Source: Octopus vulgaris (lineage: Eukaryota). From it: DNA of 64,000 nucleotides. Below are positions 1 to 12,169 of the stretch, one piece after another. The translations under genes were made by a program, and so were the position numbers. The notes beneath the pieces are model-generated. The model ran no database searches and was not told where the DNA came from. It worked only from the letters and a program-made list of their open reading frames with translations. Position 1 is the first letter of the stretch. The number at the start of each line of letters is the position of its first letter. The DNA lies in contig OX597815.1 of NCBI GenBank assembly GCA_951406725.2, forward strand, positions 174,344,001 through 174,408,000, read 5' to 3'.

Positions 1-1421
1 ATTTATATAGCTTTTGCAAATACATTACTGCACCTGTCACGTGTAAATCATTACTCTGTAAATCAGTGTGTGATTATCTTTATGTTACTAACAATATAAT
101 TACAAAGATTTTTTCCTCAGATTTACCTCATTACTTTTCTGGAATTTTTTCCCCCCAACTGTGATATGCTCATTTATATTTATCTGTAGGACAATTTTAC
201 TTTTTTATGAGCTGACTTATCACCCTCAGGTTGCTAAAATGGATTTCTAAACCAGCATGTTCTAAATACATAATTTACGACAGGGAAAATGATTGATTCG
301 ATGAGTGGATTCAATTTGGCTTTTCTTTTATTCTTTTTGGAGAAATATTTGAAATTTTGAAAGGAAATCAGTCAGGTAGCTTTCATTGTAACATAGAAAA
401 AGTTTCATATTATAAGCATTGTCTTATCAATGGTGAAGGAAGACATTTTCCGAATATTCTATGATCATTGATAAATCTTTATCTAAAGAATACATACAAA
501 ATCATTACATGCATCTAATCATAAATTTTGTTAAATATCAGTATGCTGCTTGAAATATAATTGTCACAATATTTTCTGAGGTTTATCTCCTAAGTTTTCT
601 GGAATTATGATTTTTTTTTTTTTTTTTTTTTTTTGCTATGATAGATCCTTTTACATTTCCCTGTAGATCAGATTTTTCTCAGCAGTGATTAATCATTCTA
701 TATAAAGTAATGGAAACCTTTACAAACTCTGAAGTTTTGCAACACCACCAGAATGCCTAGAGAAGTCATTTCCTCTTTATCTTAGCCTTAGAAGTGGAAA
801 TGAAATCCTCCTCTGCCTTATGAGGTACAGCAAACTGGAACAAAAATTCTCATTAGAGACATTCAATAATTTTTTTAGATTTTTTTTTTTTCAAAATATC
901 TGATCTTCTTGAAAAGTGTTTACAAACTTCTCTGCCAGCTTTTTAGGCTAACAAGAAAAATTGTTAATCATAATCTCTGCTAACTTTTCTTGGTTAATTA
1001 ACATGATCAAAGAAATGTTTACATGTCAGCCTCCTTTGGTATTTAACTTGGATGTATTTTAACAAAACTAAGAGGAGACCTCCAAGAGTTTAATTATCTT
1101 TTTTAAATACTATATGCAACTGCTTTACATGATTTTGTCAAATACTTTATTCATTCCCTCTATGAATCTGAACCAGAAGGCTTTTATTTGCAAGAGTATG
1201 AAATGATAAGCACTTCATCCATCAAAGATGGTATGAAGGACGTTTTTGATTTTCAATATATACTGCTATTTTTCTAACACTGTTATTAATCAACCTGTTA
1301 TAATAATTACATGTAAATTCCCTCCAGCAAAGTCATCATTCATTTCTTTTATTTGAGTTTTAAAACCAAAAGCACAAGAAGGCTGTAAATATAACTACCA
1401 TAAACTCCTCTGAAATGCTTG

Positions 1422-2307
1422 CATCATCATCATCATCATCATCATTGTTTAACGTCCGTTTTCCATGTTGACATGTGTTGTACCATTTGACTGAAGTCTT
1501 GAAAGCCAGCAGCTGCACTAGGTTCCAATCTGATCTGGCAATGTTTCCACAGCTGGATGCCCTTCCTAACGCCAACCACTCTGAGAGTGTAGTGGGTGCT
1601 TTTTATGTGCCACCAGTACAGGAGCATCTCAGGCAGGTCTGGCATCGCTCACATTCGGGTGGTGCTTTTTACATGCCACTGGCACGGGAGCCAGTCAGAG
1701 GATACTGGCACTGGCCATGTTTGGATGGTGCATTTTACATCCCACCGGCATGGGAGCCAGTCAGGGGGCACTGGCCACAGCTATGATATTGGCTTTACTT
1801 GACTCAACAGGTCTTCTCAAGCATACCATATTGCCTGATGTGTCAGGGGTACTGGGCCAGACATGCATGGCTGTGATCTCACTTTAGTTTCTGGGTCTTC
1901 TCAGTCACAGCATATCTCCAGATGTTTCAGTCTCCTGTCATTGCCTCTGTGAAGCCCAATATTCGAAGGTCATGCTTCACCACCTCATCCCATGTCTTCC
2001 TGAGTTTACCTCTTCCACAGGTTCCTTCCGCAGTTAGGGAGTGGCACTTTCTCACACAGCTGTCTTCATTCATATGTAGCACATGACCATACCAGTGCAG
2101 TCGTCTCTCTTGCCCACCACATATCATGCTTCTCATGCCCAACTTTTCTATCAGGGTGCTTACACTCTGTCGTGTATGCATACTGACATTACACAAGCAG
2201 CGGATCATACTAGCTTCATTTCTTTCAAGTCTTTGCATGTCCTCAGCAGTCATGACCCATGTTTCACTGCTGTGTAACATGGAAGTTCACACACATGCAT
2301 CATACAG
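1422..2307 (-). mobile_element. 5'-truncated RTE-clade LINE (ORF2 C-terminus, 3'UTR, (GAT)n tail)
   Basis: ORF 1927-2280 reads SETW...LERNEASMIR...RLHWYGHV...GRGKLRKTW, typical of the RTE ORF2 C-terminus. The 3'UTR is shared with other copies in the window, and a (cat)n tail starts at 1422. Confidence 0.9.
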
Positions 2308-2965
2308 AGCAAGAAGGCAAATTCCAATCCACCAAATAGTAAAATAAAGAAAAACATAACAATTCAATAAATTTCATTTCTGTCAAGAGTGAAGGTTTTT
2401 AGCATTTAATCTTCATTCTCCCACAGACAAATTGCTGCCAACACAAATCATTATTATTTTTCTCAGATTCAACATTCAACCTATCAACTAGTTTATCAGT
2501 TAAGATACCAATTACCAATGACCAGAAGATAAACAGCCAGCTGTCAATCACTCACTCAGTCACTCATCATCCATTACCTGAAAAAAAAAAACATTCAGCA
2601 TGCTTGAATCCAACATAACTACTCAACACCCATAGTCTGACTATTCAACTTCTAACATTTTATTAGATGAACTCACTTTTAATTTGAATACTCTTGATTC
2701 AATTATATGAAATGTGTTTTCTTATGGGCTAAGCTTTACATCAATACTTTCCACTGCAGACAATCCACACTTAAGAGGAAACAGGTTGCATTGATTTATT
2801 TTATTCATTCCTAGTTTTAAACAAATTCATAATTATTGAAGTAATGGAGTTCATATGAGAAAGTGAGATTTCAAAGCTATTAACATTTCGTAGCTGTCTT
2901 AGAGTTCCAAGAAACAATAGCCCATCTAACTTTGCTTTGGAATAACTTCCTGCCGTTAATATCGA

Positions 2966-3177
2966 TTTCAAATTTTGGCTCAGGGCCAGCAATTTGAAGT
3001 AGTGTGGTAAGTCAATTACATCGACTCTAGTGCTACAATGGTACTTGCTTTATCAACCTTGAAAGAGATGGAAGATAAAGTGACCTCAGTGGAATTTGAA
3101 CACAGAGTGTAAGGATGGATAAAATGCTGCTATGCATTTTGTCCAGCATGCTAACAATTCTGCCAGCTTGATGCCTT
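2966..3177 (-). mobile_element. tRNA-derived SINE, family B (head aggcggtgagctggcagaa...gttcaaattcc)
   Basis: Homologous to copies at 17519, 17770, 23751, 56967 and 57181; B-box-like gttcaaattcc on the minus strand. Confidence 0.8.
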
Positions 3178-3309
3178 CTTTCTACAGTTAATATCAAAAA
3201 TGTCAATACATGCCAACAAATGATCCTCTACATGGTCATTAGTCCTGTAAAAGATAGCAACTAAATTCATTCAAATCAAATCCAATCATTGAGCGATGAA
3301 GTCCTAGAT

Positions 3310-3455
3310 TAGTGATGAGCAAGTTGCAACCTGCAGGACTTTCTGAATGGCAAGTCTAACAAAAAATTACCTGGAAGTATTTTAGTCATGTTAGCCACCT
3401 GTTACTGAGTCATATTTCATGTAACCTGCTTCTTGAAAAGGGTTACCCATTCCTG
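3310..3455. mobile_element. hAT-type MITE with perfect 8-bp TSD
   Basis: tcctagat lies on both sides (3302-3309 and 3456-3463). Degenerate TIRs tagtgatgagcaa / ttacccattcctg. Confidence 0.7.
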
Positions 3456-3869
3456 TCCTAGATGTACAAAATGAGAGAATGGTCACAGGTGAAATAATTT
3501 TAATCACAAGCCTACTTAATCTGACTTTACCTGAAAATAAAGAATGTCAAGAACAAATATCACTGTTCTGTTTGATATGGAATTGTAGGTAACCATTAAA
3601 CAATGTGCTTTCAATACTGGACATTAATTAACATTCTTTTCAAATATTTCTTTAAATTTACAAATATTCTTTTCCACCACAGCCAAATCTTCTATACATC
3701 ATATTGCAGTTCACTCTTAAATGCAATTCTAGTGTATCTTTAAAGTTATTTCTAATTGAATCAACAGATTCACTTAGTGCAATTTAAATTTCACCTATCT
3801 CTTTACTGCATAAGTATTAAATAATTAAAGGATATTTTTCACTGAAATATGTTGCTTTAATCAATAGCC

Positions 3870-4230
3870 TGGCTTGGCTTCATGTTCTCTTGCTTGATGG
3901 GGCTGGGGTCATTCTAAGTTAGTAGTCCCAGAGGCATCATCATACATAGAGCCAACCAGGTTCACCAGTGCTCTTCATCACTGGCAGTCCCATGCCAGAC
4001 CCTCTGCATCTTCCAATGTGACATTGAGCCTCTAGAGAACTTCCTAAATCATGTCCAGCCATCTGATGCAGGCAGAGCCTGCTACAAGACCTCTTCTAGC
4101 CTACAGCTGCTGCACTGAATCTAGTGAGAGATGAAGTCAGTGCCACCCTGAAGAAGCTCAACAACTGCAAAGCCCCAGGAATCTGTACTGTGTTGAAGGC
4201 AGGCAGAGAAAGCATGATCCAGTAGATCAA
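3870..4230 (+). mobile_element. Degraded RTE-like LINE fragment
   Basis: 4130-4225 reads DEVSATLKKLNNCKAPGIC..LKAG, the conserved KAPG pre-RT motif. 3875-4010 is homologous to 54955-55095. Confidence 0.6.
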
Positions 4231-4276
4231 TGAATATCCACAACACAGCAGCTTATGCTATTTCTGTTTAATGCTT

Positions 4277-4502
4277 TAACCCTTTAGCATTTAAACCAGT
4301 CATATCCAACAAAATATTCTTCTTGTTTTATACTCATATTATCCATATCCAGCCTCTCACACCTACAATACAATGTCATTCACAGTAAAAACAATCCCAT
4401 AACTGAAATCTCAAAGCTATGAGATAATTCACGATTAATTCAAAACGATGTGAATAAAGAAGCATTACATTTGACAGAGTAATCTGAATGTAAAAGGATT
4501 AA
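4277..4502. mobile_element. piggyBac-type MITE (TTAA-flanked)
   Basis: Termini ttaa|ccctttagcatt ... aatgtaaaagga|ttaa. Confidence 0.6.
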
Positions 4503-4681
4503 GTGCTTGATTAGATATGTATGAGACAAATACATAATTTCCCACCAGTAATTTTAGTTCTTTTGTGACTAATAAACATACTGACATATGCAGATATACA
4601 TGGCTTTTTATATTCCAATATGCATCACATTAAATTTGTTCACTTGTCAATCAATCTAACACCAATATTGAAAGTCATATA

Positions 4682-5963
4682 TTGGGTCATCCCATAAATA
4701 ATGTTTTTTTTTATACTTCATTTATGTTTTAAAATTAAGTTCTTTTTTAATCAAAAATATACTCTCCTTCGTTTTCTACAATGGTCTTCTATCTCTCTGG
4801 TAGACTTGCAAGGCCCTGCTTCCAAAATTCACTTGCTTGTGACGAAAAATACTCCTCCGGTACTGTTCTGACCTCATCTACAGAATTCATATTTTTACTG
4901 TCCAAATGATTTTGAACACTGCGGAATAAATGATAATCAGATGAAGCAATGTCCAGTGAATGTGGTGGGTGGAGTACCGTTTCTCATTCAAACTGCTTCA
5001 GCTTTTTGAATGCCATCCTTGCAGTATGTGGCTGAGCATTATCCTGATAGAAGAACATCTTTCCTCTTGAAACCAAAGATGGTCATTTTCCTTCTAGTGC
5101 TGACTTAAGCTGCTCAAGCTGCTTGCAGTAGATCTCCTTTGTTATCATTTAGTTTGGGTTTAAAAGTTCAAAGTGGACTAAACCTTTCATATCTCACCAA
5201 ACAGATAACAACATCTTATGTGGGTGAAGACTTTCTTTAGCCTGGGATGCCAGTGTTTCTCTTTTCTCTATCTACGGTCTTTGGTGCTTGACATTTTTAT
5301 AGGGAACCCATTTCTTGTCACCAGTCACTATTCGGTCCTAAAAAAGTTCATTCGTGAGATGTGGCAGCAAAGAAGAGTACACATTCACTTTCTGCAAGTG
5401 ATTAAACTCAGAAAGTTTGTGAGGGACCCATGGACCCAATTTACTGACTTTTTTGATGGCATGCAGGTGTTGATGAATGGTTGAATGACCAAATCCAAGC
5501 TTGTCTGCTAGTTCCTCAACATTTACGATGAGATTTTGTTCCATCACGGTTTGCAGGATGTCTTTGTCAAGCTCTGCAGATCTTCCAAGATGAGGCTTGT
5601 CTTCTAAGCTGTAGTTTCCAGCTCAGAATTTCTGGAACCACTGTTGACACTTGCTTATGCTTATTGTCCAATCCTCATATACTGCATTAATACTCCTCTC
5701 ACTTTCCATTGTGTTGCTGTCTTTATTGAACTCATAAAGTAAAATATGCTGAATATGCTCCTTTGCCACTTCCATTATAACTTTTAAAAAAAATCGAACT
5801 GTTAAAATCGAACATCACTCTTCAAAACTTGCACTAAGAATAAATACAAGTTAAAATTACTACCTGATTTTATAGCAAGTTGATGCAGGTAGTTTATCCT
5901 GTCCCTCTCTGACGTTTAGTTCATGCAATTGAAAAAAACCACATTATTTATGAAATGACCCAA
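4682..5963 (-). mobile_element. Full-length decayed mariner transposon (1282 bp), transposase pseudogene ~5775-4747
   Basis: 22-bp TIRs ttgggtcatcccataaataatg / cattatttatgaaatgacccaa (2 mismatches) with TA on both flanks. Translates to MEVAKEHIQHILLYEF..., WVPHKL and HSLDIASSDYHLF (cf. YSPDLAPSDYHLF); interrupted by stops and frameshifts. Confidence 0.95.
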
Positions 5964-6047
5964 TACTTAAGATATATTAATATTTGACTACTTCTTCCCT
6001 CATGAATTATAATGGAATTGTAATGTCATGACAAATTCATGAATCCA

Positions 6048-6125
<78 letters not shown>

Positions 6126-6127
<2 letters not shown>

Positions 6128-6408
6128 TCATCATCATCATCATCATCATCATCGTTTAACATCCGCTTTCCATGCTAGCATGGGTTGGACAGTTCAACTG
6201 GGGTCTGGCAAGCCTGAAGGCTGTACCAGGCCAGTCAGATCTGGCAGTGTTTCTACAGCTGGATGCCCTTCCTAACGCCAACCACTCCGAGAGTGTAGTG
6301 GGTGATTTTATGTGCCACCGACACAGGTGCCAGACGAGGCTGGCAGACGGCCACGCTCGGATGGTGTTTTTTATGTGCCACCGACACAGGTGCCAGACGA
6401 GGCTGGCA
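6126..6408 (-). mobile_element. RTE LINE 3'UTR fragment with (GAT)n tail
   Basis: Same 3'UTR as the 1422 and 28027 copies. Confidence 0.85.
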
Positions 6409-6679
6409 TATATTATTAATTATTATTTGAGGGAATAAAATCCAAAACTAACAAGGAAAAAATTCAATTTAGAAATACTAAATCAAATTTCACACAATAT
6501 AATATAATGAAGAATTAAATTACACCATCTAGAAAATTACTTAGTCATTGACATTTTATTGTTATTTTATTTTAATATTTCTATTATATGTAATTTTCTA
6601 GATGGTGTAATTTAATTGTTCATTTTGAATTGATAAAAGGGTTTTTTTTCTAATTTAATATATATATATATATATATAT

Positions 6680-6885
6680 AGTTAATTCAAACATGAACAA
6701 AAAGAAAACACAACAACACAAGGACATGGAACAAGTATAGTGTTATTGGACACTCAAGAAAGGAAAGAAAGGAGGATTTAACGTTTCAAATGGAGCTCTT
6801 CATCAGAAACATAGTAAAAGGAAAGGTCCAAGGAAGGGAAGACGGAGAAAGAAAATCGCCAACAATATACACCCGGTCACATATT
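6680..6885 (-). mobile_element. Penelope-like terminal fragment with degenerate hammerhead motif (6774-6810)
   Basis: Minus strand reads gtttCTGATGAagagctccatttGAAAcgttaaat. Stem II is imperfect; stem III is the palindromic aacgtt. Confidence 0.55.
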
Positions 6886-7023
6886 GCAATGACCAGAAGG
6901 GAATGGGTGAAGAAAAAATTCTTTCAAACGACAGGAGAGTGCAAGAGAAGGTGGTATGTGTGTGTATGCGTGGGTATATACATGTGCACAGGTCTGTGTG
7001 TGTGTGTGTGTATAATGATAGCA

Positions 7024-7058
<35 letters not shown>

Positions 7059-7329
7059 ATCTATGTGTGTGGTTGATATATAATTTTATTATTCAGTAAG
7101 ATTCAAAACAATTGTACGTAATTTGTATTTAGTATTTATTACTTATCATATTATGTAATAGTATTAGAAGATAATATAATATTATATTCTTTTATTTGTT
7201 TCAGTTATATGACGGCAGCCATGCTGGAGCACCACCTTTAGTCAAAAAAAAGGGCCCCAGAACTTATTCTTATATGTATATATATATATTATTCTTATAT
7301 ATATATTTATATATATATATATGTATAAA

Positions 7330-7715
7330 GAGAGAAGAGCAGAGACTGGTAACGGCTAAAAGAACCATGGAATGGTCAATGTTTGGTATCTCGTTGAGAG
7401 AGCACATCAGTAGCGAGATCATCAGAAAGAAGTCCGGCATGAGGGATGTCGTCGCAGAGTATACACGCAGCAAGTTTAAATGGGCTGGACACGTCGTCCA
7501 GCTCACAGATAATCGGTGGACCAGCGCAGTTGTTGAGTGGTACACATGCAAGCAGTAATGACCACCCAGAAGGCCTCCACGACGGTAGAGCTATGATTTC
7601 AGGAGGACGATTGGGATCACATGGATGAGAAAGGCATGATCCAGAGAGGAGTGGACAGTGTGCTGTGACCAGCGGTGTCAAATGGACGCCCGACGGACTG
7701 GTCAGTCAAGGTGAT
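7330..7715 (+). mobile_element. 3' end of a second RTE-clade LINE family
   Basis: Reads LVTAKRTMEWSMFGISLREHISSEIIRKKSG..D......KFKWAGHV..LTDNRWT..VVEW, the RTE-1-like C-terminus. Confidence 0.85.
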
Positions 7716-7809
7716 ATATATATATATATATCATCATTTAACATCTGCTTTCCATGCTAGCATGGGTTGGATGATTTGACTGAAGACTGGCGAAACAGAT
7801 GGCTGCACC

Positions 7810-7817
7810 AGATAGAC

Positions 7818-7886
<69 letters not shown>

Positions 7887-7925
7887 TACACATATACATA
7901 CACACATATATATATAATATATTTA

Positions 7926-7970
<45 letters not shown>

Positions 7971-8009
7971 CGAAAGAGAGAGATAAATAGATATATGTAT
8001 ATATATGTA

Positions 8010-8060
<51 letters not shown>

Positions 8061-8175
8061 ATATATATATATTTATATATGTATATGTATATATGGATGT
8101 ATGTATGTATGTATGTATGTATGTATATACATGCGTGTGTGTGCATGTGCTCATGTGTGTGTGTGTGTGTGTGTC
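7810..8175. repeat. Compound microsatellite (GATA)n/(TA)n/(TG)n/(TATG)n
   Basis: Directly visible. Confidence 0.95.
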
Positions 8176-9099
8176 CTCACCATTATCCTCATGCATATGT
8201 TCTTCCATATGCTTATAGGTTGGGTGGTTTGTAATGGTCCATGTCATCTTGCACACTCAACAGTATCATGTGAATGACAAGATGATAACCATCAATCTGT
8301 ATTGCTGACACAATCTCGAGTCATTTTATTACTTTTCAAGCTGTTGACACATACAATCAACAGACCAAATAAAATTGCAAATATGCATTTGTAAACATAT
8401 GTATCTATGTGTAGATATTCACACACATATATGCACGCACACAAATGTACTCACACACACACACACTCAACACACACACATACACACACACACACATAGT
8501 GGAATGCATGTTTGGTGTACTTATGGGGGGAAAAAAACAGACATTTAGGAAGATACAGGTTTTCACACATCCATGTATATGCATCCACACATGTGCATCC
8601 AAATGTGCAAGTGAATTAAATACTTTATTTTCCATTTTGAAAATTTTGGATTTTTTTATAGTAAAATATATGCCACCCAAATTTGTATTATAATTACTTA
8701 AAATTTGAAAGGTGAGAAGGCATATGTTCTGGTGATCAGATGAACTAGCTTTCTTTATTTGTATTAATTGTATTGTATAATGCTGAACTTACACATTATT
8801 GCAAATATGTATATATAAGTTCTTGCATGCTGAAATTAATACTACATGAAGAAGGTTGCAAAACAGCCAAAACCCTATAGAAGACACATGGTTTAATAAA
8901 TCTGTATTCACCTCTCACATCTCCTTATGCTTCATATACTCTTCACAGTATAATTTGTCATTTGGATTTTCTGTACTTTCAATTACATGGACACTTTATA
9001 TAACTTCTTGTAAGTGATTACTGTAAGGGCTGATAGTTGAGTCTGTAAAAGGAGCCTTGTTTCTCTGAAAGCGTATCTTACACTACCCTTTTTTGCATT

Positions 9100-9580
9100 G
9101 TGAAGCACGCTGAATAACCAACTGGAGGAGGCGTCCTCCTGGTGTTAAAATAACAGTATTGTCTGTTCTTATAAAACACCCACATTTAGGTAGTTATAAA
9201 CATTACTTCTCAGTATAAATACTGCTTTCATCTGTATTAGAGATTTTCTTAACAATCATCTAGTTTTTTTGTTTTTTTTTTGTATATTGCAAGCTGGGTT
9301 AAACTACCACTATGCCTAGCAGATGAGTATCCCTCACTGAGGATGATCAAATAAGATCAAAATCACATGATATGGTGGTCTCCAAGTTAGGAGAGTAGGG
9401 AGTTCTCTCCCTGCTTGCAATATGTATCGAGTGTGAAGCACACTGAATAACCAGCAAGAGGAGGCATCCTCCAGGGGTTAAAATAGCAATATCATGTTCT
9501 CATAGAACACCCATGTTTAGGTGGCAGTAAACTTTACTTCTCAGTATAAATACTCTTTCATTTCTAATAGAGATTTTCTT
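9100..9580 (+). repeat. ~150-bp diverged direct repeats (9100-9250, 9432-9580) flanking a degenerate hammerhead; probable Penelope-like pseudo-LTR
   Basis: Both units run tgtgaagcac.ctgaataacca...cagtataaatact...agagattttctt. The spacer holds tcaCTGAGGAtgatc-aaataa-gatcaAAA (9334-9362). Confidence 0.55.
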
Positions 9581-9621
9581 ATAAAGATATATATATATAT
9601 ATATCTATATATATCCAAAAT

Positions 9622-10610
9622 ATGGAAACCTGAGCCTTGAAGATCATGAGTGTAGTGGATACCCATCTGTCATCGATGACAGCCAATTAAAGACCATCAT
9701 TGAGAAAGATCCATGTAAAACCACTCGAGAACTGGAAAAAGAACTTCAAGTTAGCCAGAAAAATGCCTGCAACCATTTGCATGTGCTCAGAAAATCTAAA
9801 AAAGCTCGACAAATGAGAACATGATATTGCTATGAGAACATGATATTGCTATTTTAACCCCTGGAGGATGCCTCCTCTTGCTGGGTACCACATGATTTGA
9901 ATGAAAATCAGAAAATGTGCAGATATGAAATTTGATCTTCGCTTCTTCTTTGTAACTAGACCGATCTATTTCTGGACCATGTTGTAACTTGTGATGAAAA
10001 TTGGATTCTGTACAATAATAAAAACGTTCTTTGCAGTGGTTGGGCCAAAATGAAGCACAGAAAATCTTCCCTAAACCCAAGCTCTTCAAGAAAAAAGCTA
10101 TGGTGGTGTACTGCTGGACTCATCCACTGTAACTTCTTAAAACCAAGAAAAACCATTACTGCAGAAACATATTGCCATGAAATTGCCAAAATGAACGAAA
10201 AACTGCTACTCCTCCATCCCAGACTGGTCAACAGAAGAGGGCTAATCATTCTCCATGACAATGCTTGACCACACGTTTCACTAACGACGCTCCAGAAGTT
10301 GAGGGAACTTGGCTACGAAGTTCTTCCTTACCCAGCTTATTCCCCAGAGCTTTCTCCTACCGACCACCACTTTTTCAAGCACCTTGATGGTTTCCTGCAA
10401 GAGAAGGAGCTAAAAAATCAGACCAATGCTGAAAGTGCATTCAAAGATTTCATCAGCTCCGGAACTCCAGATTTTTATGTTACCGGAATAAACAAACTTG
10501 TAACTCATTGATAAAAATGTGTTGATTGTAATGGTACTTACTTTGATGAATAAAATTTCCTCATTGTTGAAATATATTGTAATGAGTTTCATGTTTCAAA
10601 ACGTGGCTTA
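9622..10610 (+). mobile_element. 5'-truncated mariner transposase pseudogene
   Basis: Motifs SLEDHECSGYPS, KDPCKTTREL, WVPHDL, VVTCDE, LHDNA and YSPELSPTDHHFF. Confidence 0.9.
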
Positions 10611-11319
10611 CATGGTTCTCTGTCAGTTATGATAATAAACGTTCCAGTTGCTTCAATCAACAGAACATCCTACTTGTGATAAAGCTGATGCTGACGACTC
10701 CTTCTGTTGCAACTCTGAACTTCTCATATTTCTGGTGATATTATTTTAAACATGACTATACTAGGTTTATTTTTTATGCAAAATGAATCCTATGTAATTG
10801 ATTACAGAGAGTATCTAGTCTGATGCTTCTAAATGTTATTTGTATATTTGCAAGTAGCAAATAATACCTAATTATGCCTCTTATGTATTTCAGCAGCAAC
10901 ATCTATATTATTTATGTGTTTTTAGGTGAAAATATTGGTTTAAATGCAATTTCTGTAATTGAGGTTTATATTTAATAGATATTGATATGCATTGGTTTAT
11001 TCCCAAGTTGACTCATTTTAAGATGACTGAAACCTGATGGTTAAAATGGTATGTTATTCTGTTAGTTTACGTTTGCTTCATTTTAATGATGTTTTCATGT
11101 TAAGTTTTATTGGTTGTTGCTAGCAATGTGTATTGGTTTATGTGTTTTAGTTAATTCATACGCTTATAGCTCTAGATTGATTATTCCTTAGGTTAATATC
11201 ATTTTCCATTTTATTTATTTGCAACGTATTTTCAACTATGCCCATTAACTTCTGTTCAATATGTTTAGTTCTCCAGTTCATTTTAATGTTTTATGGCTTC
11301 TAGTTCTAGGATGATATTT

Positions 11320-11732
11320 TCTCTTTTACTTTCTCTCTTTTATTTCAGTCATTTGACTGTGGCCATGCTGGAGCACCGCCTTTGGTCGAGCAAATCAACC
11401 CCAGGACTTATTCTTTGTAAGCTTAGTACTTATTCTATCGGTCTCTTTTGCTGGACCGCTAAGTTACGGGGGCGTAAACACACCAGCATCAGTTGTCAAG
11501 CGATGTTGTGGGGGACAAACACAGACACACAAACATATACACACACATACATATATATACATATATACAATGAGCTTCTTACAGTTTCTGTCTACCAAAT
11601 CCTCTCACAAGGTTTTGGTTGGTCCAAGGCTATAGTAGAAGACACTTGCCCAAGGTGCCACGCAGTGGGACTGAACCTGAAACTATGTGGTTCATAAGCA
11701 AGCTACTTACTACCCAGCCACTCCTACGCCTT
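11320..11732 (-). mobile_element. tRNA-derived SINE, family C (full length)
   Basis: Head aggcgtaggagtggctgggtagtaag...ggttcagtccc; tail gctccagcatggccacagtcaaatgactgaaa. Many relatives in the window. Confidence 0.9.
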
Positions 11733-12169
11733 TTGGTTTCTCTACTTCATGGTTATAGGTATGTGATAATCTATGTTTCAGACTTGATGTTGTATTTGAG
11801 TTTTGTAATACTAAGCAGGGGTAGATATAATGGACATAATGCACTTGTGTTTGGCTCTTGCTTCTTGTCTATTAATTCCCATACCATGTTTATGTTTTCA
11901 ATGCAGTTAAACCACTGGATTGAATGGTACTGCCCGGGTGTTGAAACCATAATGATAATTGTTAGGCAGCTGAAGGTGGGATGTATACATTTGATGTCCT
12001 TGTTTAACGGTGTGTGCCATTGACTGTGTGCCTTTAGTATTGTGTATTCTTGTGGTTCTAAGTTGTCCTTCATTGATAAAGAAACACTTCATTGCAGTTT
12101 TGAGAGAGAATAGATTATGTGTATGTGAGGTGGGGCATGGCTATAAAAGACATGCCTTTTAGTATGAAC

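Noticed and set aside
7738-8277. Multiple long ORFs (also at 17222-17653, 22355-22844, 27306-27705)
   Set aside because: Translations of simple repeats.
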